Source of the DNA: Lysobacterales bacterium | GTDB lineage: Bacteria > Pseudomonadota > Gammaproteobacteria > Xanthomonadales > SZUA-36 | NCBI GenBank assembly: GCA_026196445.1 | Contig: JAPHTE010000293.1 | Coordinates: 1 to 53,765 of the forward strand | Reading direction: 5' to 3' | DNA: 53,765 bases | Shown here: piece by piece, positions 39,600 through 49,222 of the stretch | How the letters are laid out: each line of letters begins with the position of its first letter | How positions within the stretch are numbered: position 1 is the stretch's first letter | Made by a program: the position numbers and the translations under genes | Notes under the pieces: generated by a model | The model's input: only the letters and a program-made list of their open reading frames with translations | Told to the model about the DNA's origin: nothing | The model's database searches: none

Positions 39600-40646
39600 A
39601 TGAAAAAACTGCTGATTCTGCCATTGCTTGTTTTGCTGACCGGCTGTGTGAGCTATTACTATCCGGAAACAGCTTTTGAGGACGGCGTCTATTACGCAGA
39701 GGATGACCCTGACTACGTCGTTTATTCCGGTACTTATACCAGTGATGTTTACTACCCGTGGTATTCGCTGGATTATTTCTACCTGGGTTACTACCCTTCA
39801 TCCTGGTACAGTTTTGCCTACGGCTACCCGAGCGGGTTCTCGCTCGGACTTAATTACGGTTTTTCACCGTGGTATTACCCCAACCATCATTACGGTTATT
39901 ACTCGCCGTGGTACGGCTCAAGTTATCACCATCATTATTACCCAGCGTGGCGCCCATACCGGGGTTATTACTCGCGTCACCACGATGGCCGGCATGATCG
40001 TTACGCGGGAGATGGCCGACATGACAGGGGCCGTCACGACTATGACCGTAACGATCGGCGCAACCATTCCAATGACAAGAATCGTCGTGAAGACTATTCA
40101 CGTGACCGCTACCGCTCATCGTCCGTCAGGCGTTACGTGTCGACTGCACCGGCCGGGAAGGGCGGCGACCGCGGCATGGTTGTCAGGAGCCGAGACTCTG
40201 CAAAAGTCAGCAAGAGTCGCTTGCACGTTGACCCTGCCACGTCCGGCAAGACGGTCAAGGCAAGACCCGCACAACACGGAATCGTCGTCCAACCTAACTA
40301 CCGCGTAAAATCGGCCGGCACCGAGGTCCGCTACCGATCAAATACCAAGCAGACCCGTTCGCGTACTGGGCCAGCAAGCCCGTCCGCGGATTCCAGGGGC
40401 CTGATTGTCAAGGCGAACCCGATCAACGGCGACAGGCGTACAAACGGTAATAACACCAGGCAACCAGACCGCGCGAGTGTTGCCCGGCAGGCCCCGGTGA
40501 GCGTTGTTTCCAGCCAGCCTGTGAAACAGCAGAGCCGGCAAAAGACCAATAAAACCAGGAATAACAAGCAGCCATACGTGGTCGAGTCCCCGTCCAAGCG
40601 GTCGGGAAGTAAACAAAATTCATCCCGGCCCAGTAACCGCAGATAA
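39600..40646 (+). CDS. Hypothetical lipoprotein with a Tyr/Trp/His-rich region, an Arg/Asp/His-rich region and a long basic low-complexity tail
   Basis: 348 aa. MKKLLILPLLVLLTGC is a textbook lipoprotein signal. By my count the next ~112 mature residues hold ~31 Tyr (YYPWYSLDYFYLGYYPSSWYSFAYGYP...PWYYPNHHYGYYSPWYGSSYHHHYYPAW). DGRHDRYAGDGRHDRGRHDYDRNDRR follows, then a tail rich in S/R/K/N/Q. Confidence 0.65.
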   Translation: MKKLLILPLLVLLTGCVSYYYPETAFEDGVYYAEDDPDYVVYSGTYTSDVYYPWYSLDYFYLGYYPSSWYSFAYGYPSGFSLGLNYGFSPWYYPNHHYGYYSPWYGSSYHHHYYPAWRPYRGYYSRHHDGRHDRYAGDGRHDRGRHDYDRNDRRNHSNDKNRREDYSRDRYRSSSVRRYVSTAPAGKGGDRGMVVRSRDSAKVSKSRLHVDPATSGKTVKARPAQHGIVVQPNYRVKSAGTEVRYRSNTKQTRSRTGPASPSADSRGLIVKANPINGDRRTNGNNTRQPDRASVARQAPVSVVSSQPVKQQSRQKTNKTRNNKQPYVVESPSKRSGSKQNSSRPSNRR

Positions 40647-40673
40647 AACGTCGCCACCCGTTAATCGTTCGCG

Positions 40674-40703
40674 GGGCCCATGACTCTTGGCAGTCGTGGG
40701 CCC
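40674..40703 (+). terminator. Stable stem-loop downstream of the Tyr-rich lipoprotein gene (possible terminator without U-tract)
   Basis: GGGCCCATGACT-CTTGGC-AGTCGTGGGCCC forms a 12-bp stem with one G-U pair. No T-run follows it. Confidence 0.35.
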
Positions 40704-40750
40704 TGTCCGATATGCTAGAGTGCTTGCTGCGTCATTTCAGGGATTAATGG

Positions 40751-43099
40751 ATGGCAGATTTCATCACAGAGCTGAAAGACCGACGCATATTGCCCGCGGT
40801 CGGTATGTACGTTGCCAGCACCTGGGTGCTGATTGAAATCCTCGATCGCCTTGTCGAGCGCTACCTGTTATCCCCCTACCTGACCGACATTGTATTTTGG
40901 GGTCTTTATTCATTGATCCCGGCTGTGATGATCATTAGCTGGACACATGGCAAGAAAGGCAAAGACAAAGCGGGCAGGCTGGAAAAGATCGGGGTGCCGA
41001 TCAACCTGATCGCGAGCCTGGGATTGTTGTTCACTGTGTTCGGTGACAAGGACCTGAGCATGGCGGCGACGCAAATCACCGTCAGCAATGAATTGGGACA
41101 ACAGGAAACTCACTATATCCCGAGCGACACGTTCCGCCGCCGTATGGTCGTGTTTTTCTGGGAAAACGAATCGAATAAGCCGGAGTTGGACTGGCTGCAA
41201 TACGGTATTACGGAATTGCTGGTACAGGACTTGCAACAGGATCCGTTCGTGCTGGCGTCTTCGCCATGGAGTAATTTTGGCAACGGTTTTTTCCCACGCA
41301 TCAAACAGGCAGGTTTTGCGGATGGCCTGGGTGTGCCGCGTTCCCTGATGCGGGAAATTGCGGACGAGGCCAACCGCCAGTATTTCGTGGAAGGGTCTTT
41401 GCACCAGGAGGCGGATGAGTTCCTGATCACGGCGCGGATCTGGGATACGCAGACAGCGCGGAAATTGGTGGAGTTAAGTCGTCACAGCTGGGATATCCAC
41501 GCGGCAGTAGACGCGTTATCCAGGGATATCCGTGAAGAATTGGGCGTGCCAAAAAGCAGTGGCAGGATTGCTGAAGACCTGCCATTGACAGAAACCTACG
41601 GTGAATCGGAGGATGCCCTGAAGGCCTATATCCAGGGCTTGAACGCACGTCTATTCGAAAACGATTTTGATGCATCCAACGCGTTCTTTGACCAGGCGAT
41701 CAGCATTGACCCCAATTTTGTATTGGCTTGGTTTGTGAAAGCACAGAACCTGATCCAGGCCGGGGACCTGCCTGCTGCACAATCAGCTTTGTCCAAGGCA
41801 CAGGAACTGGATTACCGTTTGCCGTCACGTGACCGGTATCAGCTGAAAGCCTCGCTTTACCGGCTATCGGGGCAACATGAAAAAATGATGGCGTTCCTGC
41901 GTTTGCAGGCGCAGGTCCGGAATGACGCGACGGCCCATAATACGCTTGCAACGATGTTAATGATGAGTGGTGAATTGGAAGAGGCCAAGTCTGAGTCCCT
42001 GCTGGCGCTGGAACGGGATGCACTGAATGTCGGAATATACCTCAGGATGTCAACCCTGGAACGTGCAACCGGTGATATGACGGCGGCAGTTGAGTATGCT
42101 CGCCAATACCAGGAGAAAAGACCAGAAGACATCGATGCCCATGTCCAACTGGGTGACCTGTTACGTGACAGCGGCAATCTGCAGGCGGCTGCGGAACAAT
42201 ACGAGCAGGCACAGATACTCGAGAACGACCCGGTTCAGCCGACCTTGAAATTATCGGACATAGCAGCGCGCCAGGGTGATATCAATACTGCCAGGAAACT
42301 TCTGTCAGAAGCGGAATCCTATGCCCGGACACCGGCAGATAAGGTGCTGGTCCGGCAAAGTGCCGCGCTACTGGAGTCGCGCCTGGGCAAAATTCACGAG
42401 GTCATCAGGCAAACCCTGGCCCAGGAAGAATTTCTCAGCCAGTCACAGGGCCCGCTGCAAGTTGCACTGGGTGTCTATTCGCCGCTGGCCAGCTACTACG
42501 TGCAGGTGGATGACCCGGTAGCAGCGCGTAAGGCCCTGGCTACCGCCAAGAGCAAGTTACAACCGCCCCTGGACAAGTTTCTCGCTTTTTCAGAGGCGCT
42601 GATCCTCGTCAATGAAGGCAACATCGAAGCGGCACAGGCTGCGGTTGAGCAGGGCCAGGAAGTTATCGACCAGTTCCAGATCAAGGTGCTCGAGTTCCAG
42701 GGACATGTACTGCGCGCCAGGATCGCCGAGGCAAGGGGGGATTTTGCTGCGGTCGAGCGACATTACCGGGCTGCGCTGGATAATATGGAACACTCGGTTT
42801 TTGCTGCTGACCTGAGTGTTGCAGTACCGCAGACATATGCGGAAATCGCCATTGCGCAGATTAAAACCGGCCAGCTGGACGCAGCCCGGCACTCCATCGA
42901 AACTGGTTCCCGGGTTGATCCATCGGAGCCCTTGTTGTGGGTAGCAAAAGCGCATTTACAACGCGCACAGGAAATGCCTCAACTGGCGCTGGCGTCGCTC
43001 GGTTTTGCGCTGGCCATTTGGAAGGAAGCCGATGCAGGCTACGTTTATGCCGAAGAAGCCATGGAATTGGCTGAAAAACTGCAGGCTGTCAGCCTGTAA
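40751..43099 (+). CDS. Membrane-anchored protein with a TolB-N/LpoB-like domain and TPR array; paralogous in architecture to 13816..16014
   Basis: 782 aa. The N-terminal LKDRRILPAVGMYVASTWVLIEILD is followed by TM helices. Next come RMVVFFWENESNKPELDWLQYGITELLVQDL and YFVEGSLHQEADEFLITARIWD, then many TPR-like repeats (AYIQGLNARLFENDFDASNAFFDQAISIDPNFVLAW and others). Confidence 0.7.
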   Translation: MADFITELKDRRILPAVGMYVASTWVLIEILDRLVERYLLSPYLTDIVFWGLYSLIPAVMIISWTHGKKGKDKAGRLEKIGVPINLIASLGLLFTVFGDKDLSMAATQITVSNELGQQETHYIPSDTFRRRMVVFFWENESNKPELDWLQYGITELLVQDLQQDPFVLASSPWSNFGNGFFPRIKQAGFADGLGVPRSLMREIADEANRQYFVEGSLHQEADEFLITARIWDTQTARKLVELSRHSWDIHAAVDALSRDIREELGVPKSSGRIAEDLPLTETYGESEDALKAYIQGLNARLFENDFDASNAFFDQAISIDPNFVLAWFVKAQNLIQAGDLPAAQSALSKAQELDYRLPSRDRYQLKASLYRLSGQHEKMMAFLRLQAQVRNDATAHNTLATMLMMSGELEEAKSESLLALERDALNVGIYLRMSTLERATGDMTAAVEYARQYQEKRPEDIDAHVQLGDLLRDSGNLQAAAEQYEQAQILENDPVQPTLKLSDIAARQGDINTARKLLSEAESYARTPADKVLVRQSAALLESRLGKIHEVIRQTLAQEEFLSQSQGPLQVALGVYSPLASYYVQVDDPVAARKALATAKSKLQPPLDKFLAFSEALILVNEGNIEAAQAAVEQGQEVIDQFQIKVLEFQGHVLRARIAEARGDFAAVERHYRAALDNMEHSVFAADLSVAVPQTYAEIAIAQIKTGQLDAARHSIETGSRVDPSEPLLWVAKAHLQRAQEMPQLALASLGFALAIWKEADAGYVYAEEAMELAEKLQAVSL

Positions 43100-43159
43100 G
43101 CACATTCAGTACAATGCGCGGTTCCTGTTGGACTTTGGATTGTCCATGGTACGAGAATC

Positions 43160-45052
43160 GTGGTGAAAGCGAACAACACATTTGATGTCATCGTCATCGG
43201 TGGCGGCCACGCGGGCACTGAGGCCGCCCTGGCTTCGGCCCGCAGCGGTGCGTCCACACTTTTGCTGACCCACAGCATAGAAACCATTGGCCAGATGAGT
43301 TGCAACCCGGCCATTGGTGGGATAGGCAAGGGACACCTGGTCAGGGAAATTGACGCGCTGGGTGGGATCATGGCCCGGGCTGCGGACGCCGGTGGTATCC
43401 AGTTCCGCACCCTCAATTCCAGAAAAGGCCCGGCCGTGCGCGCGACGCGTGCGCAGTGTGACCGCAACCTCTACCGGGCTTTCATTCGTCAAGCGGTTGA
43501 GAACCAGCCTGGTCTGAGTATTTTCCAGCAAGCGGTGGATGACCTGATTTTCAATGATGATGTCGTCAGCGGGTGTCGTACCAGTATGGGCCAGGAATTT
43601 TTTGCGCCTGCCCTCGTTTTAACAACCGGTACTTTCCTCGGTGGCAAAATTCACATGGGTGAAAGCCAGGCCGCCGGTGGTCGGGCGGGCGATCCGCCGT
43701 CCATCCGCCTCGCCGAGCACCTGCGGGAGTTGCCTTTTGATGTGGGTCGACTGAAAACCGGTACACCACCACGTATCGACGGCAAGAGCGTGGATTTCAC
43801 AAATCTGAAAGAGCAGCCTGGTGATACACCCAGGCCGGTGTTTTCTTTCATGGGTTCGGAAGATGACCATCCGGGACAGGTCAGTTGCTGGATTACCCAC
43901 ACGTCAAAGAAGACCCATGAGATCATCCGTTCCGCGTTACACCGTTCCCCGATGTATTCGGGTTCGATCGACGGCATCGGCCCACGTTATTGTCCCTCTA
44001 TCGAGGACAAAATTGTTCGCTTTGCAGACCGTGACAGCCACCAGATATTCGTCGAGCCGGAAGGCCTGCATACTCGAGAACTTTACCCCAATGGCATATC
44101 GACCAGCTTGCCGTACGATGTACAGCTTGCGCTGGTGCACAGCATTCCCGGGTTTGAAAATGCGCATATTACCCGGCCGGGTTATGCTATCGAGTATGAT
44201 TTTTTCGACCCGCGTGGACTCCTTGCCAGCCTGGAGACCAAACCTGTACACGGGTTGTTTTTTGCTGGCCAGATAAACGGTACCACCGGTTACGAAGAAG
44301 CCGCTGCGCAGGGCCTGGTTGCAGGTATCAATGCAGCTCGGCTGGCCGGTGGGCTGGAGGCCTGGACGCCACGCAGGGATGAAGCTTACATCGGGGTGCT
44401 GATCGATGATCTGGTGACGCAGGGCACTTCAGAACCCTACCGAATGTTCACCAGTCGCGCTGAATATCGTTTGCAGTTGCGTGAGGATAATGCTGACTTG
44501 CGATTGACGCAGACCGGCCGCAGGCTCGGCCTGGTCGACGATGAACGTTGGCAGGCGTTTTCGTCCAAAAAAGCCGCAATAGAAGACGAGCAGGATCGGC
44601 TCGGCGCAATCTGGGTCACACCAAACAACGAGATTGGCCGTTCTTTGAAAGATGTACTCGGTATTTCGTTGAGCAAGGAAGTCCGTGCGCTGGACCTGTT
44701 GAAACGGCCGGAAGTCAGTTATGGCGAGTTGATAAAGGTGACGGGCCTCGGTCCGGGCAGCAGTGATATGCAGGTCGCCGAGCAAGTTGACGTGCAGGTA
44801 CGTTATTCCGGTTACCTGGCGCGCCAGGCCGGTGAAATAGAGCGTAATCAACGTAATGAAAGTACGACGATACCGGCCATGTTCGACTATTCCAGGGTCA
44901 GCGGCCTGTCAGCGGAGCTGTGTGAGAAACTGCAAAAAACGTTACCCGAAGACATTGGCCAGGCGTCCAGGATACCCGGAATGACACCGGCCGCCATCTC
45001 GCTTTTGCTGGTATATCTGAAGCGTCATCAGGAAGAGGGGAAAGTCACCTGA
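43160..45052 (+). CDS. mnmG: tRNA uridine 5-carboxymethylaminomethyl modification enzyme MnmG (GidA)
   Basis: 630 aa with [40 protein letters not shown], and [14 protein letters not shown] start. Confidence 0.96.
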   Translation: MVKANNTFDVIVIGGGHAGTEAALASARSGASTLLLTHSIETIGQMSCNPAIGGIGKGHLVREIDALGGIMARAADAGGIQFRTLNSRKGPAVRATRAQCDRNLYRAFIRQAVENQPGLSIFQQAVDDLIFNDDVVSGCRTSMGQEFFAPALVLTTGTFLGGKIHMGESQAAGGRAGDPPSIRLAEHLRELPFDVGRLKTGTPPRIDGKSVDFTNLKEQPGDTPRPVFSFMGSEDDHPGQVSCWITHTSKKTHEIIRSALHRSPMYSGSIDGIGPRYCPSIEDKIVRFADRDSHQIFVEPEGLHTRELYPNGISTSLPYDVQLALVHSIPGFENAHITRPGYAIEYDFFDPRGLLASLETKPVHGLFFAGQINGTTGYEEAAAQGLVAGINAARLAGGLEAWTPRRDEAYIGVLIDDLVTQGTSEPYRMFTSRAEYRLQLREDNADLRLTQTGRRLGLVDDERWQAFSSKKAAIEDEQDRLGAIWVTPNNEIGRSLKDVLGISLSKEVRALDLLKRPEVSYGELIKVTGLGPGSSDMQVAEQVDVQVRYSGYLARQAGEIERNQRNESTTIPAMFDYSRVSGLSAELCEKLQKTLPEDIGQASRIPGMTPAAISLLLVYLKRHQEEGKVT

Positions 45053-45208
45053 AAAAAAGTTCCTGGTATCACAAATTACCAACAATAGCTTTACATCTTT
45101 TTAACCGGGTATCGGTATGCTTGTCATGCAAGTTGACTGTGCCTGGTGTGTCGCTTCTCATGACAGGCAGTCCCCACACTTCTATGCCTTTGCGATACAC
45201 CATTTGAG

Positions 45209-45236
45209 CCCCGGCCCACAGGCCGGGGTTTTTTTT
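45209..45236 (+). terminator. Strong Rho-independent terminator about 155 nt downstream of mnmG
   Basis: CCCCGGCC-CACA-GGCCGGGG followed by eight T. Confidence 0.85.
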
Positions 45237-45406
45237 GACTCGGAGCGCGACTTGATAAGTGGCAAATTAAATATGCCAGGCGCCTGCTCTGCATTTCCTC
45301 CATCCCTGGAGGTCAGATGTATATACGGCGTGTATCGGGAAGGAATACCCGACCCCGTCCGCGCTTCAGTTTAATTCCAGTTAGTTCGTCGCTCGAAAAA
45401 TGTGGT

Positions 45407-46711
45407 CTAGGCGTTGTTTTCCTCGTCGTCGTAGATCAAGCCGGCATCCGGATCGTTGAAAATATCCATGTCCAGTTCACCTTCAGACTTGGCGACGATG
45501 GTCGTTACCGTGGAATCACCGGTGATATTGACCACTGTGCGGGTCATGTCGAGCAGGCGGTCGACACCCAGTATCAGGGCGATGCCCTCGGCCGGCAGAC
45601 CCACCTGGCTGAGTACACCAGCGAGGATCACCAATCCGACGCTGGGAACACCCGCTGCCCCGATGGAGGCGAGTATGACCATGACCACCACCATAAGGTA
45701 CTGGCTGACGGTCAGGTCGATGCCGTAAAACTGGGCGATAAAACCAGTCGCGATACCCTGCATGATGGCCGTACCGTCCATGTTGATGGTGGCGCCCAGA
45801 GGGATGGTGAAGGAGGCAATCTTGTTACTGACACCGACCCGTCTCTCGATCGTGTCCAGCGTGACCGGTATGGTCGCGTTGCTGGATGCGGTCGAGAACG
45901 CAAAAATCATGGCGGCGCGCAGCTTGGACATGAATGTCAGGGGGTTCAGGCGGCCCAGCAATGTGAGCAGGGCCGGGTAGACCACCAGGGCATGCACGAA
46001 CAGCATGATCATGACCAGCAATACGTACCTGCCCACGGCCAGGAAATCGTCGGAGTTACTGGTGGCCGTTAAAATGGCGATCAGCGAAAAAACGCCGTAG
46101 GGCGCAAACCGCATCACCAGCGTGACCAATTTCATGATGACCGCGTTGACGTCTTTGAACCAGTCGGCTACGCGCACACCGATTTCCTTGCTCAGCGTGA
46201 TGGAAATTCCCAGCAGCACCGCGAAGAAAATGATCGGCAGCATCTGGCCCTCCGCCATTGCCGCGATCGGGTTGGTCGGTACCATGTCGATAATCACCTG
46301 GGTGAAAGGTGTGGCCTCGGCAACATCAGTCCCGATGGCGGCCACCGGGTGTGCGCCGATGCCGGGTTTGAATATAATTGCCGCACCGAGCGCGAGGCTG
46401 ACCGCAATAGCCGTGGTCAGCAGGTATAAACCGATGGTTTTGCTACCCACCCGGCCAAGCATCTTGGGATCGGACAAGGAACTGGAACCGCACACCAATG
46501 ATACGAATACCAAAGGCACGACAAGCATCTTCAACAGGCTGATGAAAATCTGCCCGATCACATAGAGCAGACCGCCGGTCAGCCACACCTGTGACCACTC
46601 GGGGTTGCCCAGGAAGTTCAATACCAGGCCTGCAATTGCGCCCAGGATCATGGCAATGAAGATTTTCGCGCTAAGACTGAGTTTCCTGGCTGGGTCCATC
46701 GTTTTTCCCAT
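45407..46711 (-). CDS. Dicarboxylate/amino acid:cation symporter (DAACS family, GltP/DctA-like)
   Basis: 434 aa, polytopic. It has family-typical segments: FISLLKMLVVPLVFVSL, SSNATIPVT, GATINMDGTAI, AGVPSVGLV and the C-terminal DRLLDMTRTVVNITGD. Confidence 0.88.
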   Translation of the reverse strand: MGKTMDPARKLSLSAKIFIAMILGAIAGLVLNFLGNPEWSQVWLTGGLLYVIGQIFISLLKMLVVPLVFVSLVCGSSSLSDPKMLGRVGSKTIGLYLLTTAIAVSLALGAAIIFKPGIGAHPVAAIGTDVAEATPFTQVIIDMVPTNPIAAMAEGQMLPIIFFAVLLGISITLSKEIGVRVADWFKDVNAVIMKLVTLVMRFAPYGVFSLIAILTATSNSDDFLAVGRYVLLVMIMLFVHALVVYPALLTLLGRLNPLTFMSKLRAAMIFAFSTASSNATIPVTLDTIERRVGVSNKIASFTIPLGATINMDGTAIMQGIATGFIAQFYGIDLTVSQYLMVVVMVILASIGAAGVPSVGLVILAGVLSQVGLPAEGIALILGVDRLLDMTRTVVNITGDSTVTTIVAKSEGELDMDIFNDPDAGLIYDDEENNA

Positions 46712-46819
46712 CTAGTTTATTGTCGGACAGTGTGAATTATTGGTGGCGGATAAGCGTTATGCGCTAGAATCCATGGTCTGTGTTGTAACTATACATCAGA
46801 AAACTGAAAGGCCTGAAAA

Positions 46820-48502
46820 TTGAACAATGACCCGACTCCAACAGCCACCAATTTCATCCGGAATATTGTCATCAATGACCTGGAAAGTGGCAAGCACCAA
46901 TCGATAAAAACCAGGTTTCCGCCAGAGCCGAACGGCCATCTGCACATCGGGCACGCCAAGTCGATCTGTCTTAATTTCGGGATTGCCGACGAATTCGGTG
47001 GTACAACCAACTTGCGCTTTGACGATACCAACCCGCTGAAGGAAAACGAAGACTTCATGAACGCGATCATGGAGGATGTGCGCTGGTTGGGGTTCGAGTG
47101 GGACAACCTGTACCACGCCTCCGATTATTTCGAGCAGTTGTACCAGTACGCGGTACACCTGGTAAAGACCGGTAAGGCTTACGTCGAAGAACTCAGCGCT
47201 GAAGAAATTCTCGAGTACCGTGGTGACTGGATGAATAATGAACCCGGCCGGGAAAGCCCCTGGCGTGATCGCCCCGTCGAGGAAAGCCTGGACCTGTTCG
47301 AACGCATGAAAGCCGGTGAGTTCGAGGACGGCAAATACGTGCTGCGCGCCAGGATCGACATGGCCTCGCCCGACCGCTTCATGCGTGACCCGGTCATGTA
47401 CAGGATCCGTAACGCCAGCCATCACCGAACCGGTGATGAATGGCATATCTACCCGATGTACGACTGGGCGCACGGTATCTCCGACGCCATCGAGGGCATC
47501 ACCCATTCGCTGTGCACGCTGGAGTTCGAGGAACACCGCCCGCTGTACGACTGGTTCCTGGAAAACATCCCGTCACCTGGCAACCCGCGCCAGATCGAAT
47601 TCGCGCGCGGCAACCTGGATTTCACCGTCATGAGCAAACGCAGGCTCAGGGAGTTGGTCGAAGAGGGGATAGTGTCCGACTGGGATGACCCGCGCATGCC
47701 CACCATTGCAGGTTTGCGCCGACGCGGTTACACACCGGAGTCGATCAGGGCCTTCTGGGACGACATGGGGGTGTCCAAGTCCAACAGCATTATTTCCATG
47801 GGTGTGCTGGAAAACTATGTGCGCAACGACCTGAACGAACGTGCGCCGCGCGCAATGGCCGTGCTCGACCCGGTCAAGGTCATCTTGACCAACTACCCGG
47901 AAGGTGAAACTGAATGGCTGGAAGCACCGCGTCACCCGCAGAAACCCGAAATGGGCAATCGCCGCGTGCCGCTGAGCCGTGATATCTGGATCGAACGCGA
48001 TGATTTCATGGAAGACCCGCCACGCAAGTTTTTCCGCCTGCGCCCGGATGGCGAAGTACGCTTGCGCAATGCCTATATCATAAAGTGCACCAAAGTAGTC
48101 AAGGATGCCGATGGTGAGGTTACCGAAATCCACTGTGAGTACGACCCGGAAAGCCGTAGCGGTATGCCCGGCGCCGCGCGCAAGGTCAAGGGTACAATCC
48201 ACTGGGTTTCGGTCGAACACGGTATCGAGGCAGAGGTTCGCATGTATGATCGCCTGTTCAACGTGGCCAATCCGCTCGGCGAAAAGGACAGGGACTACCG
48301 CGAGTTCATTAATCCGCACTCACTGGATATGGTCCCGGCCGCGATTATCGAACCATCGGTGGCAGAGGGCAAGCCAGGCGATTTTTTCCAGTTCGAGCGC
48401 AGCGGGTATTTCACCATCGACCCGGACAGCGAGAGCCGGGACCGGCCGGTCATCAACCGGACCGTATCGCTGAGGGATTCCTGGGCAAAAATGAACAAAT
48501 GA
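46820..48502 (+). CDS. glnS: Glutamine--tRNA ligase
   Basis: 560 aa with TNFIRNIVINDLESGKHQSIKTRFPPEPNGHLHIGHAKSICLNFG (HIGH motif) and VMSKR (KMSKS-type motif). It is colinear with E. coli GlnS. TTG start preceded by GAAAGG. Confidence 0.95.
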   Translation: MNNDPTPTATNFIRNIVINDLESGKHQSIKTRFPPEPNGHLHIGHAKSICLNFGIADEFGGTTNLRFDDTNPLKENEDFMNAIMEDVRWLGFEWDNLYHASDYFEQLYQYAVHLVKTGKAYVEELSAEEILEYRGDWMNNEPGRESPWRDRPVEESLDLFERMKAGEFEDGKYVLRARIDMASPDRFMRDPVMYRIRNASHHRTGDEWHIYPMYDWAHGISDAIEGITHSLCTLEFEEHRPLYDWFLENIPSPGNPRQIEFARGNLDFTVMSKRRLRELVEEGIVSDWDDPRMPTIAGLRRRGYTPESIRAFWDDMGVSKSNSIISMGVLENYVRNDLNERAPRAMAVLDPVKVILTNYPEGETEWLEAPRHPQKPEMGNRRVPLSRDIWIERDDFMEDPPRKFFRLRPDGEVRLRNAYIIKCTKVVKDADGEVTEIHCEYDPESRSGMPGAARKVKGTIHWVSVEHGIEAEVRMYDRLFNVANPLGEKDRDYREFINPHSLDMVPAAIIEPSVAEGKPGDFFQFERSGYFTIDPDSESRDRPVINRTVSLRDSWAKMNK

Positions 48503-48577
48503 CTTGAGGCACACTCACCAGCAATGGTGATTTGCTAGAATTTTGATTGATCAGGGCTGTATTTAAAGGAAAGTATC

Positions 48578-49159
48578 ATGGGTTGGATAGTATTGATTGT
48601 CATAGTCGGATTGGTTTTCTTTGCGATCTCTATCTACAACCGCCTGGTGGCGGGCAGGAACCGGTTCAAAAACGCATTTGCACAAATCGATGTGCAACTC
48701 ACGCGCCGCCACGATCTGATACCAAATCTGGTGGAGACGGCCAAGGGCTACATGAAGCACGAGCGTGAAACGCTCGAAGCGGTGATCACGGCGCGCAACA
48801 CGGCAGTCGCGGGGCTCAAAACCGCCGCTCGTGACCCGTCTGACCCGGTCGCCATGAAACAGCTCGCGGAGGCAGAGCAGGGCCTTTCCGGGGCCCTGGG
48901 CCGATTGTTTGCATTATCAGAGTCCTACCCGGACCTGAAAGCCAACCAGAACATGATGCAGTTGTCCGAGGAGCTGACAACTACGGAGAACAAAGTCGCT
49001 TTCGCACGCCAGGCCTACAACGATTCCGTCATGCAGTACAACACCTTGCGGGAATCCTTCCCCAACAATTTCTTTGCAGGCTGGTTCAATTTCCAGGCGG
49101 CCGAACTGCTGGAAATCGAGGATGAGACCAAGCGCGAAGCACCGCAGGTTACGTTTTAG
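48578..49159 (+). CDS. lemA: LemA family protein
   Basis: 193 aa with a single N-terminal TM helix, then YNRLVAGRNRFKNAFAQIDVQLTRRHDLIPNLVETAKGYMKHERETLEAVITAR, typical of LemA. Confidence 0.9.
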   Translation: MGWIVLIVIVGLVFFAISIYNRLVAGRNRFKNAFAQIDVQLTRRHDLIPNLVETAKGYMKHERETLEAVITARNTAVAGLKTAARDPSDPVAMKQLAEAEQGLSGALGRLFALSESYPDLKANQNMMQLSEELTTTENKVAFARQAYNDSVMQYNTLRESFPNNFFAGWFNFQAAELLEIEDETKREAPQVTF

Positions 49160-49222
49160 GTTGACCCGGAATCTCGCGGTGAACCCGTCATGGGCAAGCC
49201 GTAAGACCAAGGGGCTGGCGGG

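Noticed and set aside
39676-40308. A 210-aa T/I/V-rich ORF in an alternative + frame, overlapping the Tyr-rich lipoprotein gene.
   Set aside because: It is a frame-shifted reading of the same low-complexity repeats. It lacks a signal peptide or an SD. The 39600 frame begins with a canonical lipoprotein signal.
43100-43159. A possible replication origin next to mnmG (gidA), as in enterobacteria.
   Set aside because: Only 60 nt separate the TPR gene from mnmG. I found no TTATCCACA-type DnaA boxes or AT-rich 13-mers either here or in the 45053-45406 spacer.
45117-45374. An 85-aa ORF downstream of mnmG.
   Set aside because: It reads straight through the strong Rho-independent terminator at 45209-45236. 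It has no SD and no recognisable features.
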